Both the position numbers and the translations under genes were made by a program. Shown one piece after another: positions 20,150-29,543 of a stretch of DNA of 64,000 nucleotides (position 1 is the stretch's first letter; each line of letters opens with the position of its first letter). Location: NCBI GenBank assembly GCA_050951545.1, contig JBMNJG010000011.1:288001-352000 (forward strand). Direction: 5' to 3'. The notes below the pieces were generated by a model. That model ran no database searches and was not told the DNA's origin. It worked only from the letters and a program-made list of their open reading frames with translations. This DNA is from Limnochordia bacterium. Lineage in GTDB: Bacteria > Bacillota > Limnochordia > DTU080.

Positions 20150-21721
20150 GTGAGGCCCGTGGCGTATAGTAGGGAAAACCACAAGGGCCAGTTGCGGCTG
20201 GGTTGCCTTCCATTGGTGATGCTTCTCGTTGGAATCTTCTGCGCCAAACAGGCTGGGGCAGCCGTGCAAGTGCCCTTGCCTGAAGCCATGGAGGTCCGTG
20301 GGGCGGTAACCCTAGAGGTGGCCCGGAGGCGAGGCCCGCTCGTGTTGGACGTACAGCCGGAAGTCGTGTGGCGGGCTCGGACCGCCGACAAGTCTGTGGA
20401 GATGCAGGCCTTGTGGGACGGGGAGGGGGCTAAGCCGGGGCCCTATCTTGCGAGCATCGGCATGGAGGGCATCGAGGTTTCTGTCTGGGGCAGGGAATAC
20501 CGCCAGCCGCGTTGGGCTGATGGGCAGGGCTTGGTGGCCCTAGTGGGGACAGAGCATGAGGGACCTCGCCTCCGGGTGGAGCATGGTACCTGGGGGTTTG
20601 ATCATAGCAGAGAGCGGACTGGTGTGCGCTGGGAACGCGTCGGGGGGATCTCCTCGGGAGGGGAGGTCAAGGCCGGGGTGCTCGTGGTGGCTGGGCAGCC
20701 GCCCTCTGAGCCGGAGGATAACGAGTCAGATTGGGGCGATGCCGCGGATGACGAGGGGGGCACTGGTGGAGAGGTGGATGCTCCCGCAGCCGAAAGCGCC
20801 CGCAGTGTTGAGCGCGGAGTGCTGTATGGTACATACCAGGGGGGCGCGTGGCGCTTGCAGGGCGCGCTGGCTGGGGCAGTGGAGGAGGAGGCTGACGGGG
20901 GGCTGTGCCTCGCGCAGGGAGTTGAGGCGCGCTACGCCTCCCCTGGTTGGCGGGTGGAGCTCAAACAGGCCTATCGGGAGGCTGGGTACGCGAAGAGCGA
21001 TGCCCCCGCTAAAGGTATGGCTCAGTGGAGCGTGACGCGTGCCAACGGTCGATTGGGGGCGAAAGTCTCTTGCCGTAGCGATTGGGCCGATGATGCGGCA
21101 GCTAGCCGAACGTGGGTCTTGAGCGTGGGAGGGCGCGCGGGAATGTCAGTTACCAGGCTGGGGGCGCTTTACACTCAGTACCAAGTGAAGCGTGTGAAGA
21201 GCCCGGCCTGGCGGGTGCATCTGCAATGGAAGGTAGGAGAGGTGGGTTGCTCGCTACCTGCAGACTACCCTTGGCTGTGGCCCGATCGAGCGGTGCAGCG
21301 TTGGCAAGGTAGCGTGGAGACCCTGTGGCCCCTAGGAGTTGCGGGTGGCCTTGGAGTGCGCATCTGCGTGGCCGAGGCCAAAAACGGGCGTCTGAACTGG
21401 TCCTATCCGCTCTTTGGTGAAGGGAAAGCTCTGACTATGCAGTCCCATAGCGCGCTCAAGTGCGAAGCGCTCTGGATTCGGGAGGGAGGGCCAGGGCGGC
21501 GCTTCCTGGCGGAGCTCATGTATGCCGAGGAGGTGAAGCACAACCTCACCGCCTATGAATCACCCCGGGCTACCTACTGGGCTTGGCGGCCGAGCTGGGA
21601 GCGCGAGTTGGCAGAACGTGTGAAGCTTACCTTGGCGGCAGGAGTGCTTATGGCGCAGGAGTATAGCGGGGCTCATGTCGAAGAAGTAATGCATCTTCTG
21701 CAGCTAAAGATCGTCCTGTAA
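20150..21721 (+). CDS. Secreted putative beta-barrel protein, paralog 3 (diverged)
   Basis: Signal-like N-terminus; shares WG..Y....AD and PA(F/W) motifs with paralogs 1 and 2. Start uncertain. Confidence 0.6.
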   Translation: MRPVAYSRENHKGQLRLGCLPLVMLLVGIFCAKQAGAAVQVPLPEAMEVRGAVTLEVARRRGPLVLDVQPEVVWRARTADKSVEMQALWDGEGAKPGPYLASIGMEGIEVSVWGREYRQPRWADGQGLVALVGTEHEGPRLRVEHGTWGFDHSRERTGVRWERVGGISSGGEVKAGVLVVAGQPPSEPEDNESDWGDAADDEGGTGGEVDAPAAESARSVERGVLYGTYQGGAWRLQGALAGAVEEEADGGLCLAQGVEARYASPGWRVELKQAYREAGYAKSDAPAKGMAQWSVTRANGRLGAKVSCRSDWADDAAASRTWVLSVGGRAGMSVTRLGALYTQYQVKRVKSPAWRVHLQWKVGEVGCSLPADYPWLWPDRAVQRWQGSVETLWPLGVAGGLGVRICVAEAKNGRLNWSYPLFGEGKALTMQSHSALKCEALWIREGGPGRRFLAELMYAEEVKHNLTAYESPRATYWAWRPSWERELAERVKLTLAAGVLMAQEYSGAHVEEVMHLLQLKIVL

Positions 21722-21735
21722 ACCGTACGCATATG

Positions 21736-21764
21736 GCAGGAGCCTAGGCAGTGTTGGCGAATAC
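21736..21764 (+). promoter_or_regulatory. sigH-like promoter upstream of msmX
   Basis: gcAGGA-17 bp-GAATac. Confidence 0.4.
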
Positions 21765-21917
21765 TTCACAGAAAGGTGTGGGTAGGTCTTATCAGCCCAC
21801 GGCGAGCTACCCGCGGGCTACCCGTAGCCGCCTGGTAGTAGTGCCCCGGTAGGGCTCATATCCGGGGGCACCAGCTATGAGTCCGGCCCTCAGCGGCCGC
21901 AAAAAGGAGGCCACACA

Positions 21918-23024
21918 GTGGCACAGGTGATTCTGCAGCATGTCACTAAGCGTTTCGGAAACGTAGTAGCGGTTAACGATGCGACCCTCGAGGTTCGCGA
22001 CAAGGAGTTTATGGTACTGGTAGGGCCGTCCGGGTGTGGAAAGTCGACGACTCTGCGAATGGTCGCGGGTTTGGAGGATCTCACCGAGGGCAATATCTAC
22101 ATCGGCGAGACGCTGGTCAATGATATCCCCCCCAAGGACCGTGACATCGCCATGGTCTTCCAGAACTACGCTCTGTACCCACACATGGACGTCTACAACA
22201 ACATGGCGTTCGGCCTTAAGCTGCGTAAGGTTCCCAAGGCCGAGATTGACCGCCGTGTCAAAGAAGGCGCCCGTATGCTGGGTATCGAGAACTTGCTTGA
22301 CCGCAAGCCCAAGGCTCTCTCAGGAGGTCAGCGGCAGCGTGTAGCGGTTGGCCGGGCTATCGTGCGTGAACCCAAGGTCTTCCTTATGGACGAGCCCCTT
22401 TCTAACCTTGACGCCAAGCTGCGCGTGCAGATGCGCGCTGAGCTTTCGAAGCTGCACGCCCGTTTGCAGACCACAGCCATCTACGTCACCCACGACCAGA
22501 CCGAAGCTATGACCATGGGCGACCGGATCTGTGTCCTCAAAGACGGAGTGATTCAGCAGGTTGGTGCGCCTCTAGAGATCTATAACCATCCTGCCAACAT
22601 GTTTGTGGCTGGTTTTATTGGCAGCCCGCCAATGAACTTCATTGAGGGAGTGCTCAAGAGAAGTGGGGAGGATTTCCTCTTTGATACGGGTGTATTCAAG
22701 CTAGCCTTAGACCCTGAAAGAAGCCGTGAGATTCGGAACCTAGCGGCCTACGTAGACAAGGACGTTGTCCTTGGTATCCGGCCTGAGGACATCAGCGATG
22801 GCAAGCTTGAGCCCGGAGCTGGCTCGAATTCGGTTGTGGCGATGGTCGATGTAACCGAGCTCATGGGTGCTGAGATTCTTGTCTATCTATCCAAAGGTGA
22901 GGCGCAGTTCATCGCTCGAGTGGATCCGCAGAGCGAGGCCACCGATGGCGAGGAGCATCCCATGACCTTTAACATGAAGAAGATTCACCTCTTCGACAAG
23001 GATACAGAGCAGACTATAAATTAG
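21918..23024 (+). CDS. msmX: Sugar ABC transporter ATP-binding protein (MsmX/UgpC/MalK family)
   Basis: GPSGCGKS, VFQNYALYPH, LSGGQRQR, DEPLSNLDAKLR, TOBE domain. No adjacent permeases. Confidence 0.93.
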   Translation: MAQVILQHVTKRFGNVVAVNDATLEVRDKEFMVLVGPSGCGKSTTLRMVAGLEDLTEGNIYIGETLVNDIPPKDRDIAMVFQNYALYPHMDVYNNMAFGLKLRKVPKAEIDRRVKEGARMLGIENLLDRKPKALSGGQRQRVAVGRAIVREPKVFLMDEPLSNLDAKLRVQMRAELSKLHARLQTTAIYVTHDQTEAMTMGDRICVLKDGVIQQVGAPLEIYNHPANMFVAGFIGSPPMNFIEGVLKRSGEDFLFDTGVFKLALDPERSREIRNLAAYVDKDVVLGIRPEDISDGKLEPGAGSNSVVAMVDVTELMGAEILVYLSKGEAQFIARVDPQSEATDGEEHPMTFNMKKIHLFDKDTEQTIN

Positions 23025-23041
23025 AACGTCCGAAAGGGCTC

Positions 23042-23088
23042 TAAGTGAGAGAAAGAGCCGGGATCTTCCCGGCTCTTTCTCTCACTTA
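23042..23088 (+). terminator. Perfect 22-bp inverted repeat (possibly bidirectional terminator)
   Basis: TAAGTGAGAGAAAGAGCCGGGA-tct-TCCCGGCTCTTTCTCTCACTTA. Confidence 0.8.
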
Positions 23089-23129
23089 ACAGTGTCTGTG
23101 CTCATTTTCGACCAGGGGGATTGTCGTAG

Positions 23130-24098
23130 ATGACCGAGCAACCGATAGCGATTGGTGTCGATGTAGGTGGCACGACGTTCAGTGTAGCCTTGGTATCAGC
23201 GCAAGGCAGGATCTTGCGTTCAGACGAAGGGGAGACCTTGGCCGCCCAGGGAGCAGAGGTTGTGATAGGCCGGATCACGGAGTCTATCAGACGTCTTCTG
23301 AAGGAGGCGGCGTTAGCGCCATCGGCCTTGGCTGGTATCGGAATGGGTATCCCTGGGTTGCATGATCGGGAGCAGGGGGTGGTGATCACCTCTCCTAACC
23401 TGAAGTGGGAGGGCGTGCCCGTTCGCGATCTGGTCTGCGGTGCTATAGATACAGAGTTCTACATGGACGGCGATGTACGTGTAGCGGCTGTCGGTGAGAG
23501 GTACTTCGGCGCGGCTGCCAATTGCGAAAACTTCATCTTCATTACCTTGGGGACTGGTATTGGTTCGGGCATCTTCATTGATGGCAAGCTCTATCGAGGT
23601 CCAAACGGATATGCCGGAGAGGTAGGGCATCAGACGATTGTGGAACATGGTCCTCTGTGCGGCTGCGGCAACTATGGTTGCGTAGAGGCTCTAGCTGGTA
23701 ATAAGGGCATTGTCCGTCGTGCGCAACAGGCGCTGGAGAAAGAAGAGGCCCCTATTTTGATGCAGGAGATCGATGGCGATACTTCGCGGATTACCCCCGC
23801 AGCACTCTACCGCGCTGCTATGGCGGGATGCCACCTTTCCCATCGAGTTCTCGCGGACACCGGACGTTGTGTGGGCACCGCCATGGCCAATCTGGTGAAC
23901 GTGCTCAACCCACAGAAGATCATCGTGGGCGGAGGGGTAGCCCAAGCTGGCGAGATGATACTTGGGCCTTTGCGGGAGACAATAGATGACAGATCGATGG
24001 GTCCCAACGCAGCGGCTGTGGAGGTTCTTCCCGCCATGCTCGGCAACAGGGCCGGGGTGTTGGGTGCTGCAGCTATGGCATTGTTTGATCTCGCGTAG
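23130..24098 (+). CDS. ROK family sugar kinase (glucokinase-like)
   Basis: GVDVGGT, LGTGIGSG, GEVGH, CGCGNYGCVE. Confidence 0.93.
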   Translation: MTEQPIAIGVDVGGTTFSVALVSAQGRILRSDEGETLAAQGAEVVIGRITESIRRLLKEAALAPSALAGIGMGIPGLHDREQGVVITSPNLKWEGVPVRDLVCGAIDTEFYMDGDVRVAAVGERYFGAAANCENFIFITLGTGIGSGIFIDGKLYRGPNGYAGEVGHQTIVEHGPLCGCGNYGCVEALAGNKGIVRRAQQALEKEEAPILMQEIDGDTSRITPAALYRAAMAGCHLSHRVLADTGRCVGTAMANLVNVLNPQKIIVGGGVAQAGEMILGPLRETIDDRSMGPNAAAVEVLPAMLGNRAGVLGAAAMALFDLA

Positions 24099-24132
24099 GT
24101 AGCGAATGGCTAGCCATCAGGGAGGGAATACG

Positions 24133-25203
24133 ATGTCTGATGCCAGAAGGCTTGATGATCAGGGTTGGCTGAGACAGATTGATCTGAGCGATATGCTTGG
24201 TCTAGTGGAGGTACTGCCCCAACAGTGTCGCGAAGCGGAGCGCATAGCTCGCAGTATGCCTTTGCCGCACTGGAACGGTGTCCAACACATTTTGGTGGTG
24301 GGGATGGGCGGTTCGGCCATTGGTGGAGACTTCGTGCGGGCATTGGCGAACGAGCAATGCAGCGTGCCCGTGAGTGTGCATCGCAGTGACACACTCCCTC
24401 GCTGGGTGGGAAGGCAATGCTTGGTTGTGGCAGCTAGCTACTCAGGCAACACGGAGGAGACTCTCGCTGCCTACGCGGAAGCCAAACGACGGCAGGCACG
24501 TCTTATGGCTATTACCACTGGTGGTGAGCTTGCAGCGCTGGCAGCGAACGATGACTGTCCCATTGTTCGAATACCCGGAGGTCTACCACCACGGGCTGCC
24601 ATCGGTTACTCGTTCGTGCCCTTGCTTGTGTTGTGTGAGCGGCTTGGCCTCTTGCCTGCCCAGGGCGAGGCCCTGGCAGAGATGTTCGAGGTCCTAGAGA
24701 AACAACGCGCCCTCTATGGACGCCAGAGCCCATCCTCACAGAATCCAGCGAAGGCTCTGGCAGCGGCACTAGTGGGCTATGCACCAGTGGTGCTCGGTTC
24801 AGAAGGCTGCAGCGGCGTGGCTGCGTATCGATGGAAGTGTCAGTTCAACGAGAACAGCAAGGCACCTGCTTTCTGGAACGTTTTCCCAGAGCTCACCCAC
24901 AATGAGACGGTGGGATGGGAAAAGGCAGATGAGGTGCTGCAACGGCTGCATGTGGTGCTGTTGCGCGACACTCGCGATAGTGAGCGCAGCACTTGTCGCA
25001 TTGACGTAGCCACACAGATCATGGGCAGGAAGGCAGAGGGGATCACGGAGTTTTGGGCTGAAGGTGATTCGTCGGTGGCACGCCTGTTTTCGTTGGTCTA
25101 TCCTGGAGACTTCGTAACCACGTATCTGGCGCTTCTCTATGGGGTCGATCCGACTCCAATTCAGGCCATTGACTTCCTAAAGGAGGAGCTCAAGAAGCGG
25201 TAG
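24133..25203 (+). CDS. Bifunctional phosphoglucose/phosphomannose isomerase (SIS domains)
   Basis: GMGGSAIGGD, SYSGNTEET, RWKCQFNENSK, PELTHNE. ATG 24133 after GGAGG. Confidence 0.92.
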   Translation: MSDARRLDDQGWLRQIDLSDMLGLVEVLPQQCREAERIARSMPLPHWNGVQHILVVGMGGSAIGGDFVRALANEQCSVPVSVHRSDTLPRWVGRQCLVVAASYSGNTEETLAAYAEAKRRQARLMAITTGGELAALAANDDCPIVRIPGGLPPRAAIGYSFVPLLVLCERLGLLPAQGEALAEMFEVLEKQRALYGRQSPSSQNPAKALAAALVGYAPVVLGSEGCSGVAAYRWKCQFNENSKAPAFWNVFPELTHNETVGWEKADEVLQRLHVVLLRDTRDSERSTCRIDVATQIMGRKAEGITEFWAEGDSSVARLFSLVYPGDFVTTYLALLYGVDPTPIQAIDFLKEELKKR

Positions 25204-25248
25204 GATATGTGGCTGTGTCCAGCATCCGTGGGCAGAATGCAGGCGTGA

Positions 25249-25278
25249 TTGACAGGTCTTGGTGGCCAAAGGTAGAAT
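25249..25278 (+). promoter_or_regulatory. sigA-like promoter of ndoAI-ndoA
   Basis: TTGACA-18 bp-TAGAAT. Confidence 0.6.
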
Positions 25279-25331
25279 CAGGATAGATGCTTGTCCGAAA
25301 ACGTTGAAGTACGTGAAGGGGAGACAGGCAG

Positions 25332-25601
25332 GTGGCCAGGTCCCGACACATAGTTGTATCCTTGCCCGAAACACTGCTTCAGCAGCTGAAACAAGAGATT
25401 CAAGGCGCGAAAATGGGCCGAAATGAGTTCATCTGTGAGAGCGTTGAGTATTATATGGCAGAGCGCAAAAGGCGGACTGTACGCCGCCAGCTTGTTGCGG
25501 GATACCAGGAAATGGCAGCTTTGAACCTGGAACTCGCTGGGGAAGCGGAGACCGACTCCGCCTTGGGCGAGTACGAGCAGGCGCTGTCGGAGGGAGAATA
25601 G
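25332..25601 (+). CDS. ndoAI: Antitoxin EndoAI (CopG/RHH)
   Basis: [28 protein letters not shown]; directly upstream of mazF homolog. Confidence 0.85.
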   Translation: MARSRHIVVSLPETLLQQLKQEIQGAKMGRNEFICESVEYYMAERKRRTVRRQLVAGYQEMAALNLELAGEAETDSALGEYEQALSEGE

Positions 25602-25606
25602 GTGAT

Positions 25607-25957
25607 TTGGAGGTCCGGCGGGGGGACATTGTCTACGCCAACCTTAATCCGGTGATTGGCTCTGAGCAGGGCGGCACGCGTCCAGTTCTGGTGCTTCAAA
25701 ATGACATCGGAAATCGCCATAGTCCGACCACGATTGTTGCTGCCATCACGTCTCGCATTAAGAAGGCCAAGCTGCCCACTCATGTTGAGATCTGCGCTGA
25801 CGACTATGGCCTGGAGCGTGACTCAGTGATTCTGCTCGAGCAGTTGCGCACCATCGACAAGCGACGACTCAAGGAAAAGCTGGCTCATCTTGACGAAGAA
25901 AGTATGAACCGCGTGAACGAAGGTCTGATGATTAGCCTGGGGCTGACGCAGCTGTAG
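25607..25957 (+). CDS. ndoA: MazF/PemK family endoribonuclease EndoA
   Basis: [52 protein letters not shown]. Confidence 0.97.
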   Translation: MEVRRGDIVYANLNPVIGSEQGGTRPVLVLQNDIGNRHSPTTIVAAITSRIKKAKLPTHVEICADDYGLERDSVILLEQLRTIDKRRLKEKLAHLDEESMNRVNEGLMISLGLTQL

Positions 25958-25989
25958 GTCATAGGTCGCTTCTGAACGTACGAGGTAAC

Positions 25990-26017
25990 GAGACTCGCAA
26001 GTTGGCGAGTCTCTTTT
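25990..26017 (+). terminator. Intrinsic terminator
   Basis: GAGACTCGC-aagttg-GCGAGTCTC-TTTT. Confidence 0.75.
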
Positions 26018-26064
26018 GTGGATCCTCGGCAAAGTGTGCCTGGGTGTGTCAGGAGGCGTGGGAT

Positions 26065-26790
26065 ATGCGTCCTTTGGTGCTGATGTCTTGCGGAATCGAC
26101 CCCGGTGGAGCGAAATTCGAGGGCAACCTAAGCTACGTGGAAGCAGTGGAGGGAGCTGGGGGGAGTGTGATGGTGGCACCTTCGCGGCTTTGCGAGGAGA
26201 CTCTGTCCGTTCTCTGCGGGCTGGCCGATAGCATTCTCTTGCCTGGTGGCAACGATATCGATCCGGCAAACTTCGGGGAAGAGCCTCGTCTAGCCAATGG
26301 TCGTGTTGAACCGGAGGTTGATGCGGTCGACATGTATCTGGCATGCTATGCCTTGCGGCACGGCAAGCCTGTTCTCGGTATCTGTCGTGGGTGCCAAGTC
26401 CTAAACGTGGCGGCTGGGGGGAGTCTGTTTCAAGATCTGCCCACCCAGTGGGAACGCGGGCAGCTGCTGCAGCACCGACAGCAAGCGCCACGCTGGCATG
26501 CCTCCCATGAGCTGCAGGTAGTTCCTGGAAGTCTGCTGGCTGGGATACTGGGCGACACGCGGCTGCGTGTAAACAGCTTCCACCATCAAGCCATTCGGAG
26601 CTGTGGTCGGGGTATGCGGGCGGTGGCTCAGGCTTCTGATGGAGTCGTAGAGGCCATCGAAGGTGAGGGCTCAGTGTTTGCCGTGGGTGTGCAGTGGCAT
26701 CCCGAAGGCATGCTTAGCCGTCATCCCCTGCAACAGCGCCTATTTGATGCATTCATCCAGGCAGGGCTCGCAGGTAAAGCTAGCGAATGA
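26065..26790 (+). CDS. Peptidase C26 / gamma-glutamyl-gamma-aminobutyrate hydrolase family (class I GATase fold)
   Basis: PGGNDIDP, LGICRGCQ, VNSFHHQ, VQWHPE triad. ATG 26065 after AGGAGG. Confidence 0.9.
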   Translation: MRPLVLMSCGIDPGGAKFEGNLSYVEAVEGAGGSVMVAPSRLCEETLSVLCGLADSILLPGGNDIDPANFGEEPRLANGRVEPEVDAVDMYLACYALRHGKPVLGICRGCQVLNVAAGGSLFQDLPTQWERGQLLQHRQQAPRWHASHELQVVPGSLLAGILGDTRLRVNSFHHQAIRSCGRGMRAVAQASDGVVEAIEGEGSVFAVGVQWHPEGMLSRHPLQQRLFDAFIQAGLAGKASE

Positions 26791-26838
26791 GGCGACCTGT
26801 GCGGGGTGCTCTAAGATGAAGTAGGAGGTGGCACCAGA

Positions 26839-27879
26839 ATGAGCGAGGTCCTGATTCATGTGACCCGAGGATCTGTTGTCGAGAGCAGGCACGCGGCGAG
26901 CGTCGTGTTGAGTGATACCTCTGGTCATGTGAGGGCATTTGCAGGGAATCCGGATCGCATAGCCTTCTGGCGTTCTGCGGCCAAGCCGCTTCAGGCGCTG
27001 CCGCTGGTGGTGGGCGGTGGTATGGAGCACTTCGGTCTGCAGGAAGATGAACTCGCAGTAATGACTGGCTCTCACTCAGGCGACGAGGTGCATGTACAGG
27101 CCGTGCAGTCCATTCTGGCGCGCATCGGTCTGAGCGAAGAGCATCTGCGCTGTGGTGCCCATCCCCCTTTGTCAAAGGCTGCTGCGGCAGAGCTTGCGCG
27201 GGCGAGGGAGTTGCCTCGCGCGGTTCACTGCAACTGCTCTGGCAAGCATGCGGGTCTGTTGGCACTTGCCCGCCTGCATGGTTGGCCAGTGGAAGGCTAC
27301 TTGGAGCTGGAGCATCCGGTGGGACAGACCGTTATGGCGACCATTGAGGCACTGACAGGGGTGCCAGCGGCGGTGATGCCTGTGGGTATCGACGGTTGCG
27401 GCTTGCCTACTGCAGCAGTGACAATTCGCGCCATCGCCACGGCTTTTGCCCGTCTCGCTGATCCGTCATCATTGCCTCCGGACTTGGGAAAGGCTGCTCT
27501 ACGGGTTACGCAGGCTATGCGCAGGTACCCTCATATGGTGGCTGGCAGCGGTCGCTTTGACACGTCCCTGATGGCCGCTACTGCAGGGCGCTTGTTCTGC
27601 AAAGGCGGAGCCGAGGGGGTACTGGCCATAGGTCTTCCCGAGCTTGGTCTCGGCCTAGCCGTGAAAGTGGAAGATGGGGGGGCACGAGCTCTGCCACCCC
27701 TAGGTGTAGACATTCTGACCCGCCTAGGCGTCCTCACTGAAGAAGAGGCTCGGTCGCTGGCTGATCTGCATCGGCCAGTGGTACGCAACACTGCAGGTAT
27801 GGTGGTGGGAAGTATCGAGGCGATAGTGCCGGAATCATTGGCTAGCGATCTGCTTTCCCTTCGACAAGATGCAGTCTAG
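26839..27879 (+). CDS. Asparaginase_II family (Rhizobium-type L-asparaginase)
   Basis: TRG..VESRH, RSAAKPLQA, SHSG, NCSGKHAG, DGCG, KGGAEG, KVEDG. Confidence 0.92.
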   Translation: MSEVLIHVTRGSVVESRHAASVVLSDTSGHVRAFAGNPDRIAFWRSAAKPLQALPLVVGGGMEHFGLQEDELAVMTGSHSGDEVHVQAVQSILARIGLSEEHLRCGAHPPLSKAAAAELARARELPRAVHCNCSGKHAGLLALARLHGWPVEGYLELEHPVGQTVMATIEALTGVPAAVMPVGIDGCGLPTAAVTIRAIATAFARLADPSSLPPDLGKAALRVTQAMRRYPHMVAGSGRFDTSLMAATAGRLFCKGGAEGVLAIGLPELGLGLAVKVEDGGARALPPLGVDILTRLGVLTEEEARSLADLHRPVVRNTAGMVVGSIEAIVPESLASDLLSLRQDAV

Positions 27880-27892
27880 CGCCTGTCTTCCG

Positions 27893-27953
27893 GGGAGTAC
27901 GCGTGGTTGGCCGCCGACATGCCCGCACAGCGTAACACGGTTCTCGGGGAGGT
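27893..27953 (+). promoter_or_regulatory. Recurrent leader motif, copy 2
   Basis: GGGAGTA-cgcgtggttggccgccga-CATGCCCGCAC-agcgt-AACACGGTT-ctc-GGGGAGGT. Confidence 0.55.
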
Positions 27954-27959
27954 ATGTAC

Positions 27960-28337
27960 GTGGCTACGGTTTTGCTGGCAGATGATGATCCTGCTGTGCG
28001 TGAGGTGCTTCGCGAACTGCTGCCGCTGTGCTGTGAGGAGTTCCATGTGGTGGGAGAGGCCTGTGATGGTCTACAGGCGGTTGAAATGGCTGTACAGCTG
28101 CAGCCTGATGTGATCCTTATGGATGTACGCATGCCTTTTCTTGATGGAATCGGGGCGACCCGGCGCATCAAGCAGGAGTTCGGTAGTCCTTCGGTTGTGG
28201 TTGTCTTTTCGAGTTTCCCATGGCCTGAGCTGGAAACAGCGGCTAAGGAGGCGGGGGCTATGTGCCATCTGTCCAAACCTTTCGCCATGGAAGAACTGAA
28301 GAAGGCGCTAACGGAGGCGGTAAGACGTGAGCCATGA
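27960..28337 (+). CDS. Single-domain response regulator (receiver)
   Basis: LADDD, DVILMDVRMP, KPF. GTG 27960 is better spaced from GGAGG than ATG 27954. Confidence 0.9.
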   Translation: MATVLLADDDPAVREVLRELLPLCCEEFHVVGEACDGLQAVEMAVQLQPDVILMDVRMPFLDGIGATRRIKQEFGSPSVVVVFSSFPWPELETAAKEAGAMCHLSKPFAMEELKKALTEAVRREP

Positions 28338-28833
28338 ACTTGAACTTCGCGTAGGCTCGAAGCTGCACACGGTGCGTCTGGGTGAACTCCTTGGCCAAGC
28401 TGTGGGGCCGGGCGATGTGGTGGTGCTCAGCGGTCCTCTGGGGTCTGGGAAGACGGTGTTTGTGCAGGGCATGGCTCAGGGGTTGGGGGCTGACAGTTCG
28501 CAGGTGCACAGTCCAACCTTTACTCTATTGCACACATACCCGGGTCGGCTCCCTCTTTACCATTTCGACTTGTACCGTTTGGATAGTAGCGATGAGCTTC
28601 TGAGGTTAGGCTTCGATGAGTACCTGTTCGACGGCGAAGGGGTATCGGCTGTGGAATGGGGAGACAAGTTTGCGGATATGATGCCTGAACAAGCGCTGTG
28701 GGTGAGTTTTTCCACGGTTCCTGAGGAACCTAGCCAACGCTGTATCCGGTTGTCAGCTGAGGGACCGGAGGCCCGTCGTGTGCTTGAGCGTGTGAAGCAC
28801 AGGGCGCCAAAGGAAGAAGGGGGCTCGGCGTGA
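28327..28833 (+). CDS. tsaE: tRNA t6A biosynthesis ATPase
   Basis: GPLGSGKT, SPTFTL, HFDLYRL, VEW. Confidence 0.96.
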   Translation: MSHELELRVGSKLHTVRLGELLGQAVGPGDVVVLSGPLGSGKTVFVQGMAQGLGADSSQVHSPTFTLLHTYPGRLPLYHFDLYRLDSSDELLRLGFDEYLFDGEGVSAVEWGDKFADMMPEQALWVSFSTVPEEPSQRCIRLSAEGPEARRVLERVKHRAPKEEGGSA

Positions 28834-29543
28834 GAACACTGGGTCTGGATACTTCCACGTCGAGTGGAGGAGCTGCTCTGCTGGTTGACGGCGTGGCTCG
28901 CAGCGAGTGCTCGTTTAACATGGGTGCTGTGCATTCCGAGCGTCTGTTGCCAACTATCGAGCATGTGATGCGCGATGCCAACACTACGGGCGACGAGCTT
29001 GATGTCATTGCTGTGACAGTAGGCCCGGGGTCCTTTACTGGTCTGCGTGTGGGAGTGACCACCGCCAAAGTCTTAGCCTACGGATGGAAGAAGCCTATAG
29101 TGCCAGTGAACACTCTTGAAGCGTTGGCCTGGCAGGTCGCTGGGCTGACTGGCCTAGTGGTTGCAGCGCTCAACGCCCGACGGGGTACAGCCTATGCGGC
29201 TGTGTATCGGGTGACGGCGGGAGCTAGCTCGCCCCCAGTTGTGGTGCATCCCCCAGATAACCTCCCGATGAGTCGGTTGCTGGATGAACTAGCGGATGTC
29301 AAGGAGTCCGTAGCCGTTGTTGGAGACGGACGGGCAGTCTTCTCGGAAATGATAGAAGCCTCTCTCGGTGAGCGCTGGTTACGCTTGCCCAGTGTGGCAG
29401 AGACACTTCGGCCAGCGAGTGTGGCTTCTCTAGGGAGTCTCTACTTTGAGCAAGGTGTACGCGTGAGTCCCTTCTCGCTATTGCCGACTTACCTGAGGAA
29501 AGCGGAGGCGGAGAGAAAGTGGGAAAAAGCGCACCGCCCATAG
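28830..29543 (+). CDS. tsaB: tRNA t6A biosynthesis protein
   Basis: LDTST, HSERLLP, GPGSFTGLRVG, PTYLR. Confidence 0.96.
   Translation: MRTLGLDTSTSSGGAALLVDGVARSECSFNMGAVHSERLLPTIEHVMRDANTTGDELDVIAVTVGPGSFTGLRVGVTTAKVLAYGWKKPIVPVNTLEALAWQVAGLTGLVVAALNARRGTAYAAVYRVTAGASSPPVVVHPPDNLPMSRLLDELADVKESVAVVGDGRAVFSEMIEASLGERWLRLPSVAETLRPASVASLGSLYFEQGVRVSPFSLLPTYLRKAEAERKWEKAHRP

Noticed and set aside
25332-25957. ndoAI-ndoA as marker of a defence island or mobile element
   Set aside because: Conserved chromosomal Firmicute TA pair with its own promoter and terminator; no mobility signals nearby.
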